From: Candidatus Woesearchaeota archaeon
GTDB taxonomy: Archaea; Nanobdellota; Nanobdellia; Nanobdellales; CAZNIQ01
Assembly: GCA_964573185.1 (NCBI GenBank)
Contig: CAZNIQ010000030.1
Span: 1-5,989 of the forward strand
DNA: 5,989 nucleotides
Direction: 5' to 3'
The notes under the pieces are model-generated. The model did no database searches. It worked only from the letters and a program-made list of their open reading frames with translations, and was not told the DNA's origin. Shown one piece after another: positions 1 to 5,277 of the stretch. The position numbers were made by a program, and so were the translations under genes. Position 1 is the first letter of the stretch; every line of letters starts with the position of its first letter.

Positions 1-1
1 A

Positions 2-154
2 TTTGAAGAATTTAAAGAAAAATATGTTGAAAATGGAATAATCTACGACCGAATAAAAGAAATAAAAATTGTTAAATCGAATTACAACAAATTATATGAT
101 ATAGGATTAGAGAGCTATCATAATTTTGTTGCAAATGGTGTTGTAGTGCATAAC
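2..154 (+). mobile_element. C-terminal ~51 residues of an intein inserted in rtcB (splicing blocks F/G). The splice junction lies between Asn (152-154) and Cys+1 (155-157).
   Basis: Translation is FEEFKEKYVENGIIYDRIKEIKIVKSNYNKLYDIGLESYHNFVANGVVVHN|CGVRV. The terminal His-Asn followed by Cys, and the preceding YDIxxE..HNFVANG pattern, are the canonical intein C-terminal blocks. RtcB homology resumes exactly at the Cys. Confidence 0.88.
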
Positions 155-1309
155 TGTGGTGTACGTGTTATAAGAACAAATCTAAGAGTAGAAGATGTTA
201 AACCAAAATTAATGGAACTCGTTAATGAAATATTCAGAAATGTTCCTGCTGGAGTGGGTGAAACCGGAAAAGTCCATCTTTCTTTTTCAGAATTGGATAA
301 AGTTTTACAGGAAGGTGCAAAGTGGGCTGTGGAGAATGGATATGGCTGGGAAGACGATTTAGGAAGAATAGAATCGTATGGACATTTAGAAGATGCTGAT
401 CCAGATGCGGTATCAGTTACTGCTAAAAGAAGAGGCGCTCCTCAGTTAGGAACTCTAGGTTCAGGAAATCATTTCTTAGAAATTCAAGTAGTAGATAAGA
501 TATATAATCCAGAAGTTGCAAAAGCCTTTGGAATTGAAGAGGGGGGACAAGTAGTTGTAATGGTTCATACAGGTTCAAGAGGATTAGGACATCAAGTTGC
601 TTCTGATTATATAAGAGAATTCGAAAGAAGATTTAGGGATATCGTTAGAAAATTACCTGATAGAGAATTGGTTTATGCTCCTTGGGGAACAAAGGAAGCA
701 GAAAGATATTGGGGTGCTATGTGTGCTGCAGCAAATTATGCTTGGGCTAACAGACAAATGATAACACACTGGGTTAGAGAATCGTTTGAGAAAGTCTTTA
801 GGACATCTGCAGATCAGTTAGGAATGGAAATAGTATATGATGTTGCACATAACATTGCAAAGATAGAAGAACATAAAGTAAATGGTCAGAAGAAAAAAGT
901 AATTGTTCATAGGAAAGGTGCGACAAGAGCTTTTCCACCAGGGCATCCAGAACTAATTTCTAGGTACAGAAAAGTAGGACAACCAATAATCATACCGGGT
1001 TCAATGGGAACAGCATCATATATCTTGGTAGGTACCGAAAAAGCTATGGAAATTTCATTCGGTTCTACTGCTCACGGAGCTGGAAGACAATTATCTAGAG
1101 CCGAAGCAAAAAGAAGATACAGATATCAGGAAGTTATTAATAGGATGAGGCAACAAGGAATTGTTGTTAAGTCGGCAACAAGGGATGGGGTAGTAGAAGA
1201 AGTACCAGAGGCTTATAAGAACGTTGATGAAGTTGTAAGAGTTTCACATGAATTGGGAATTGGAAAATTAGTAGTTAGACTAAGACCTATAGCAGTTATA
1301 AAGGGTTGA
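2..1309 (+). CDS. rtcB: RNA-splicing ligase RtcB (3'-phosphate/5'-hydroxyl tRNA ligase). 5'-partial: the frame is open from the window edge. It comprises the intein C-terminal segment (2-154) plus the C-extein (155-1309).
   Basis: The frame-2 translation from 155 (CGVRVIRTNL...GAPQLGTLGSGNHFLEIQVVDKIY...VMVHTGSRGLGHQVASDY...ANRQMITHWVRESF...IVHRKGATRAFPPGH...IIIPGSMGTASYIL...FGSTAHGAGR...EEVPEAYKNVDEVV...RLRPIAVIKG*) is collinear with Pyrococcus horikoshii RtcB as I recall it. That includes the GSTxHGAG motif carrying the guanylylated His (codon 1073-1075). The GTG at 146 used by the ORF track is internal, not a start, because the frame stays open to position 2. Confidence 0.95.
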   Translation, partial: FEEFKEKYVENGIIYDRIKEIKIVKSNYNKLYDIGLESYHNFVANGVVVHNCGVRVIRTNLRVEDVKPKLMELVNEIFRNVPAGVGETGKVHLSFSELDKVLQEGAKWAVENGYGWEDDLGRIESYGHLEDADPDAVSVTAKRRGAPQLGTLGSGNHFLEIQVVDKIYNPEVAKAFGIEEGGQVVVMVHTGSRGLGHQVASDYIREFERRFRDIVRKLPDRELVYAPWGTKEAERYWGAMCAAANYAWANRQMITHWVRESFEKVFRTSADQLGMEIVYDVAHNIAKIEEHKVNGQKKKVIVHRKGATRAFPPGHPELISRYRKVGQPIIIPGSMGTASYILVGTEKAMEISFGSTAHGAGRQLSRAEAKRRYRYQEVINRMRQQGIVVKSATRDGVVEEVPEAYKNVDEVVRVSHELGIGKLVVRLRPIAVIKG

Positions 1310-1321
1310 CTTCTTACTGTG

Positions 1322-1327
1322 TTTTTT
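1322..1327 (+). terminator. Oligo-T tract (T6), a candidate archaeal intrinsic terminator for rtcB
   Basis: gtgTTTTTTaat lies 13 nt after the rtcB stop codon (1307-1309). Archaeal RNA polymerase terminates at oligo-T runs. The assignment rests on position and composition only. Confidence 0.4.
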
Positions 1328-1342
1328 AATTTAACTTAGATG

Positions 1343-1356
1343 ACAAAATTTATATA
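1343..1356 (+). promoter_or_regulatory. BRE/TATA promoter for tyrS
   Basis: acaaaaTTTATATA has a near-consensus archaeal TATA octamer (1349-1356) preceded by a purine-rich BRE-like stretch. Standard -26 spacing predicts a transcription start near 1379-1381. Confidence 0.55.
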
Positions 1357-1402
1357 AGTTTAGGTTGATATAAAATCCTTATGTCCTATCGGTATAATAG
1401 AT

Positions 1403-2389
1403 GAGATTAAACGAGGTTTTGTAGAGATCATAACTGAGAAAGAGTTTATAGAATTAATAAACGGTAGTAAGTTTAGATTTTATTGGGGAATAGCACCAAC
1501 AGGCCCAATTCACATTGGATATTTTATACCGGTAGTTAAATTTATAGATTTGTTAAAAATTGGAGGAGAAGGAATTATTTTAATAGCAGATTGGCATGCC
1601 TACCTAGATGATAGAAAAACGCCATGGGAGGAAATGGAATTAAGATCAAAATATTATAAATTAGTATTGGAAAGCTTATTAAAACAATTTATTGACTTAG
1701 ATAAGGTAAAATTCGTTTTTGGACACGAATTTCAGAGAAAACCAGAATATATAGAAGATTTAATAAAACTCTCTGGAATGGTTACTGTTAAAAGAGCCAT
1801 TAGAGCAGCCTCAGAGGTAGTAAGAATAAAGAATAATCCTCACGTATCAGAATTAATTTATCCATTAATGCAAGTTTTAGATGTAAAGCACTTAGGTGTT
1901 GATTTAGCAATCGGAGGAATAGATCAAAGACATATTTATGCATTAGGTAGAGAAGTTCTTCCAAAAATAGGATATAAACCTGGAATCTACGCATTTACAC
2001 CTTTACTGACATCTCTAAAAGGAAGAGGAAAAATGTCTGCCTCAATACCAGAGTCTACTATAACTGTACACGATAGTCCAGAGACTTTAAAAGAGAAGGT
2101 AGAAAAAGCATTCTGTCCTTTAGATAAAAAGAACAATCCCATATTAGATATATACAAATACCTTATATTTCCATTATTAGGAAAAATAGAAATAGGTGGG
2201 AAATACTATGAAAAATACGAAAGTTTGGAGAATGATTTTCTAAAAGGAACGTTGCATCCACTGAACTTAAAAAGAGCACTATCAGAATATTTAAATATAA
2301 TATTGGATCCTATCAGAAAAGAATTGCAAAGAAAGGAATTCGTAAAAGAAGTTGTTAATAGATATAGAAGATTGGGTTATAAAATATAG
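1403..2389 (+). CDS. tyrS: Tyrosyl-tRNA synthetase, archaeal type. The 5' end is unresolved: homology starts at about 1403 and the frame is open from 1364. The first canonical in-frame start is the TTG at 1550 used by the ORF track, which is too far downstream.
   Basis: Frame 2 from 1403 reads EIKRGFVEIITEKEFIELINGSKFRFYWGIAPTGPIHIGYFIPVVKFIDLLKIGGEGIILIADWHAYL... This is collinear with Methanocaldococcus jannaschii TyrRS from memory ([62 protein letters not shown]). The HIGH motif appears as HIGY (1511-1522) and KMSKS as KMSAS. The conserved YPLMQVLDVKHLGVDLAIGGIDQR block and the Tyr-binding Tyr/Asp positions are present. Confidence 0.9.
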   Translation, partial: EIKRGFVEIITEKEFIELINGSKFRFYWGIAPTGPIHIGYFIPVVKFIDLLKIGGEGIILIADWHAYLDDRKTPWEEMELRSKYYKLVLESLLKQFIDLDKVKFVFGHEFQRKPEYIEDLIKLSGMVTVKRAIRAASEVVRIKNNPHVSELIYPLMQVLDVKHLGVDLAIGGIDQRHIYALGREVLPKIGYKPGIYAFTPLLTSLKGRGKMSASIPESTITVHDSPETLKEKVEKAFCPLDKKNNPILDIYKYLIFPLLGKIEIGGKYYEKYESLENDFLKGTLHPLNLKRALSEYLNIILDPIRKELQRKEFVKEVVNRYRRLGYKI

Positions 2390-2402
2390 TTTTTTGTTTT
2401 TT
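2390..2402 (+). terminator. Tandem oligo-T tracts (T6-g-T6) immediately after the tyrS stop codon
   Basis: tagTTTTTTgTTTTTTac directly follows the TAG at 2387-2389 and looks like an archaeal terminator. It may be leaky, because the next gene starts only 19 nt further on. Confidence 0.45.
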
Positions 2403-2420
2403 ACTTTTATAAGTACTTCA

Positions 2421-2747
2421 ATGGGTGTTATCTCACTTGAGGATTTAAAGAAAATTGATTTAAGAGTAGGAAAGATTATTGAAGTAGAAGAACATCCTAA
2501 TGCAGATAAACTATATGTTTTGAAAGTAGATTTAGGAAATGAGATTAGAACTATTGTAGCAGGACTAAAACCATATTACTCTAAAGAAGAATTGAAAGGA
2601 AAATATGTAGTAATTGTTGCAAATTTAGAGCCCAAGAAATTAAGAGGAATAGAATCTCAAGGTATGCTTCTAGCCGCTGACGATGGAAAAACTGTGGCCA
2701 TACTAACAGTAGACAGGCCTGTAAAACCTGGAGCAAAAATATATTAA
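2421..2747 (+). CDS. Stand-alone tRNA-binding protein, Trbp111 / MetRS beta-subunit / EMAP-II-like OB fold (108 aa)
   Basis: MGVISLEDLKKIDLRVGKIIEVEEHPNADKLYVLKVDLGNEIRTIVAGLKPYYSKEELKGKYVVIVANLEPKKLRGIESQGMLLAADDG...VKPGAKIY aligns end to end with Aquifex aeolicus Trbp111 as recalled (..DFLKVDLRVAKV...[57 protein letters not shown]...). The start is trimmed from the track's 2352 to ATG 2421, because 2352-2389 overlaps tyrS and the extension encodes non-homologous hydrophobic residues. Confidence 0.9.
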   Translation: MGVISLEDLKKIDLRVGKIIEVEEHPNADKLYVLKVDLGNEIRTIVAGLKPYYSKEELKGKYVVIVANLEPKKLRGIESQGMLLAADDGKTVAILTVDRPVKPGAKIY

Positions 2748-3007
2748 GCAAAATGTTTTTCCAAATGTAAAACCGCTTCGGAGATTTCTTCTAAGTGCTC
2801 CCTAACATATTCTTTCCATTCTTTTAGTATTTCAATCACATCATGTGTGCTCTGTGCTCTTTTAATTTTATTTTCAAATTCACCAGCTTTCTTAATAATA
2901 TCTTTAATTCTATTTAAAAGTAGATTCCCAACCTTTTCAATAATTATCCTTTCAGATTCTATCTCTTTTAAAGCTTCTTTAATTTCTTCTAAAAGTTTCT
3001 TACGCAT
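2744..3007 (-). CDS. Hypothetical small all-helical, Lys/Glu-rich protein (87 aa)
   Basis: This is the only long ORF covering this stretch. An 87-codon open frame is unlikely by chance in stop-rich AT-rich DNA. The amphipathic heptad-like sequence suggests a helical bundle or coiled coil. I recognise no family. It starts 16 nt after the upstream ORF, so they are probably co-transcribed. Confidence 0.6.
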   Translation of the reverse strand: MRKKLLEEIKEALKEIESERIIIEKVGNLLLNRIKDIIKKAGEFENKIKRAQSTHDVIEILKEWKEYVREHLEEISEAVLHLEKHFA

Positions 3008-3023
3008 AAAATAAAAATAAAGA

Positions 3024-3335
3024 TTATAAGGAGACTTCTATTTGTTCTTTTACTTCCTGGGTTGGTTCCCAGACCTTTAATTCTTCTACTCTCGCTTTTA
3101 AGGGTCTGTCGTTATCGTCTAATTCTATTACAACTTTTCCTGTAATCAATTTTCCTGTCCCAATTTTATCTTCAATTGCATATCCTAACCTCTGTACTAA
3201 TCTAGAGAATTCCCTCCTCCATCTTTCTAATACAGCTCTATCCTTTGCAGCCATTGCTCCCCATAGATACCTTACAAAGCTAATTCCAACAGGGTTTACT
3301 GGTCTTACAATTTCTATTTCAATTGTCTTGGTCAT
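3024..3335 (-). CDS. Hypothetical protein (103 aa), predicted beta-alpha-beta3 pattern with a Trp/Arg-rich helix (YLWGAMAAKDRAVLERWRREFSRLVQRLGY)
   Basis: Clean ATG-to-stop ORF with non-low-complexity, globular-looking sequence. A TATA-like octamer sits about 25 nt upstream of the ATG. I recognise no family from memory. Confidence 0.7.
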   Translation of the reverse strand: MTKTIEIEIVRPVNPVGISFVRYLWGAMAAKDRAVLERWRREFSRLVQRLGYAIEDKIGTGKLITGKVVIELDDNDRPLKARVEELKVWEPTQEVKEQIEVSL

Positions 3336-3356
3336 AAATTTATTTTTATTTTGGAC

Positions 3357-3364
3357 TATAAAAA
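3357..3364 (-). promoter_or_regulatory. TATA-like box (TTTTTATA on the minus strand) for the 103-aa ORF, implying a leaderless or near-leaderless mRNA
   Basis: The octamer centre is about 25 nt upstream of the ATG at 3335. Caveat: TATA-like words are easy to find in AT-rich spacers. Confidence 0.4.
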
Positions 3365-3367
3365 TTT

Positions 3368-3419
3368 TGGTGATGAAGGATAGCGGTACTGAACATGATG
3401 AAGTGTTACTCTACTGATC
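3368..3419 (+). ncRNA. Box C/D sRNA (2'-O-methylation guide) with complete C, D', C' and D boxes and two 12-nt guides
   Basis: Read directly from the sequence. C box GUGAUGA is at 3370-3376. Guide 1 AGGAUAGCGGUA is at 3377-3388. D' box CUGA is at 3389-3392. A short spacer follows, then C' box (A)UGAUGA at 3395-3401. Guide 2 AGUGUUACUCUA is at 3402-3413. D box CUGA is at 3414-3417. The total core of about 48 nt and the exact 12-nt spacers are the hallmark archaeal architecture. A TATA-like TTTATTTTTA at 3339-3348 is centred about 26 nt upstream of the C box. Confidence 0.85.
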
Positions 3420-4806
3420 AGATTATTATGCTTAATCTTTTCAATTCAAGATATAACTCTTTTAGAAACTCTTCTAATTTTTCTTTTGGAATAGAAGCTC
3501 CTGCAGCAATATCATGACCGCCACCAACACCCCCCACTTTCAATGCTGCTTTTTCTACAGCCTTTCCTAAATCGCTATCATTTTTATTTACTAATCTTAT
3601 AGAAATCTTTATCGTTCCATCTTCATCTGCAGCAACACCTATAATTCTTTTATCTTTAATCCTAAATGATAGTATAGAAGCAACAGGACTAGTTAAAGTG
3701 GGTCTCAAATTTTTTTCAAAATAAAAAATTAAAATATCCTTATAAACTATTTTCTTAACATTTTCAATATTTTCAAGAGCTTTTAAAATTTCTTTTTTAT
3801 ATTCTAATAAGATATCCAGAGCTTGATCCTTATACTTTTCATCTCCAAGAACAGACGCAATACCAACTGATGGTTTACCCATACGTCCGGTTGCATTTAA
3901 AATATAAGCTATTTCCCTCAGATCTTTAAAGAAAGGATGACTAGAATTCTTTAATAAATAGATATATCCAATAACGTCTTCAGCATTTGGAATATTATAC
4001 TTCATTCTTTTCAGTATAATTGCAGTTATTAGCTTCTTTATCTGTTCTTCATTGAGATCAGAATACTTTATCCAATCCCCTCCTTTTTTCAAAGGAATTC
4101 CTATTTCTTGTAAAAATTGAAGAGCACCTGTTTCAGAACCAGTAACCTCCGGAATGTATATTTCAGTAGAATATTCTAGAACTTTATGCAAAGGTCTTGT
4201 ATATAACCCAAACATTCTTAATCCCTTTTTAACTTCAATTATTCCATTCTCCTGTAATTCTTCTAAAATTTTTTTGTTTAATCCTCTAAATCCTTTTTTA
4301 TCTTCTTGTATATCTCCTATAGCACCAACTAAAGCTAGCCATCCGTAATCTAAAATCTCGTAACTTAAATTTTTCAATAAAAGATATGTTACGCCAGAAG
4401 AAGAAATTTCTTTTGATCCGTCTATTTTGAATATCCTTGGATTTATTTGGAATATTTTACCTATTTTCTTTTCCTTGGAAACTAATTGATGATGGTCTAT
4501 TATAAATGTAGGTATGTATGAAAAGTACTTTCTTAATTCTTCAATGTATCCGCTACCCATATCTAAAAAAATAAGCATATCTTTTTTTACTGAAAGAATA
4601 TCATCAATAGCTTTCTTATCCAAATAATGAAAGAATTTTAATTGAACGATCTTATCTTGATCATATAAATATTTTAACATCAAAGCTGCAGAAGAGAGAC
4701 CATCCGCATCAATATGAGAAACGATTAATATTCTTTTAGCTAAATCAACATAATGTTGAAATTCTTCTGAAACTTCTCTTAAGTATTCCAAAAAAGCATC
4801 TTCCAT
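3418..4806 (-). CDS. recJ: RecJ-like DHH/DHHA1 phosphoesterase (archaeal RecJ/Cdc45 homologue, GAN-like), 462 aa
   Basis: All DHH-family motifs are intact. They are VSHIDADGLSS (DxD), FLDMGSG, IIDHHQ (DHH codons 4489-4497) and the C-terminal DHHA1 GGGHDIAAGA (His codon 3514-3516). Length and domain order match archaeal GAN/RecJ proteins. Confidence 0.9.
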   Translation of the reverse strand: MEDAFLEYLREVSEEFQHYVDLAKRILIVSHIDADGLSSAALMLKYLYDQDKIVQLKFFHYLDKKAIDDILSVKKDMLIFLDMGSGYIEELRKYFSYIPTFIIDHHQLVSKEKKIGKIFQINPRIFKIDGSKEISSSGVTYLLLKNLSYEILDYGWLALVGAIGDIQEDKKGFRGLNKKILEELQENGIIEVKKGLRMFGLYTRPLHKVLEYSTEIYIPEVTGSETGALQFLQEIGIPLKKGGDWIKYSDLNEEQIKKLITAIILKRMKYNIPNAEDVIGYIYLLKNSSHPFFKDLREIAYILNATGRMGKPSVGIASVLGDEKYKDQALDILLEYKKEILKALENIENVKKIVYKDILIFYFEKNLRPTLTSPVASILSFRIKDKRIIGVAADEDGTIKISIRLVNKNDSDLGKAVEKAALKVGGVGGGHDIAAGASIPKEKLEEFLKELYLELKRLSIII

Positions 4807-4827
4807 TCAAAAAATTAAAATTTAAAG

Positions 4828-4835
4828 TTTAAAAA
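4828..4835 (-). promoter_or_regulatory. TATA-like box (TTTTTAAA on the minus strand) about 25 nt upstream of the recJ ATG. T5 runs just after the uS15 stop codon could also act as a terminator.
   Basis: The 36-nt spacer reads, on the minus strand, TTTTTCATTTTTAAACTTTAAATTTTAATTTTTTGA-ATG. The spacing fits a leaderless start. Co-transcription with rps15 cannot be excluded. Confidence 0.3.
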
Positions 4836-4842
4836 TGAAAAA

Positions 4843-5244
4843 TTAAGTAGAACCGTAAATCTTTGCTATTTCGTCGTTGAATTCCCAATAAGCAGGTAGC
4901 TTACCAACTCTTTTATAATATTTTACTAAACTCCTTATCTTTCCCTCTATTGCCTCCAAATTCTTTTTATTTTTCATATCTTTTCTATGAACTTCTAAAT
5001 GCTTTTTAACTCTCCAATACTTCTTAATTAAATACAACAAATCCTCCGGAATTTCCGGAGCAACCCCATGTTCTTCTAGAATCTGTAATATAGATTTCCC
5101 TGTAATTGCTCTAACATCTGGTATTCCATATTGATCCCTCAAAATTAATCCTATCTTTGAAGGAGTATATCCTTCCTTTGCTAATCTAACGACTAACTGC
5201 TCAACTTCTTCAGGTTTATAAGGAACCCACTTATATTTCTCCAT
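4843..5244 (-). CDS. rps15: 30S ribosomal protein uS15 (S15P/S13e), 133 aa, lacking the usual N-terminal basic tail
   Basis: [116 protein letters not shown] is collinear with archaeal S15P and eukaryotic S13e as recalled (..LRDQYGIP.V...[17 protein letters not shown]...RKHLE...KD....L.LIESKIRRL.KYYK..GKLP..W). Confidence 0.92.
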   Translation of the reverse strand: MEKYKWVPYKPEEVEQLVVRLAKEGYTPSKIGLILRDQYGIPDVRAITGKSILQILEEHGVAPEIPEDLLYLIKKYWRVKKHLEVHRKDMKNKKNLEAIEGKIRSLVKYYKRVGKLPAYWEFNDEIAKIYGST

Positions 5245-5265
5245 TAAAGAACTAAAGAAAATATG

Positions 5266-5277
5266 TTTTTAAGGTTG
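5266..5277 (-). promoter_or_regulatory. Promoter-like element CAACCTTAAAAA (minus strand), copy 1, about 25 nt upstream of the uS15 ATG
   Basis: The TTAAAAA core is centred near 5269 and the ATG A is at 5244. This is the archaeal TATA-to-start spacing, implying a leaderless rps15 mRNA. The core 10-mer AACCTTAAAA recurs at 5346-5355. Confidence 0.4.

Noticed and set aside
146-148. The GTG at 146 as the start of the 387-aa ORF in the track.
   Set aside because: The frame is open back to the window edge and encodes intein blocks F/G. This Val is part of VVVHN. The RtcB extein begins at Cys 155 after protein splicing, not by translation initiation.
1800-1994. A 64-aa minus-strand ORF inside tyrS.
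   Set aside because: It is fully antisense to a strongly supported CDS, has a low-complexity Leu/Phe-rich translation and shows no homology.
2352-2420. The N-terminal extension of the tRNA-binding protein ORF (track start 2352), which overlaps tyrS.
   Set aside because: The extension (MLIDIEDWVIKYSFLFFTFISTS) has no homology to Trbp111-family proteins, overlaps the tyrS 3' end and spans the oligo-T tracts. ATG 2421 gives a full-length 108-aa domain.
2840-2860. An R-x4-H pattern (RAQSTH) in the 87-aa protein, suggesting a minimal HEPN RNase toxin with the 103-aa ORF as its partner.
   Set aside because: The motif is short and arises easily by chance. The protein is smaller than typical HEPN domains and lacks the usual RN..HEY-type context. 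The neighbouring ORF has no nucleotidyltransferase (GSx10DxD) signature.
4154-4348. A 64-aa plus-strand ORF inside recJ.
   Set aside because: It is antisense to the well-supported RecJ-like CDS, and its Ser/Pro/Leu/Phe-rich translation is typical of the reverse frame of a Lys/Glu-rich gene.
4487-4492. A TGATGA hexamer on the plus strand that could be a box C.
   Set aside because: It is the reverse complement of the codons for the DHH catalytic motif of recJ. No CUGA occurs at the 12-nt spacing.
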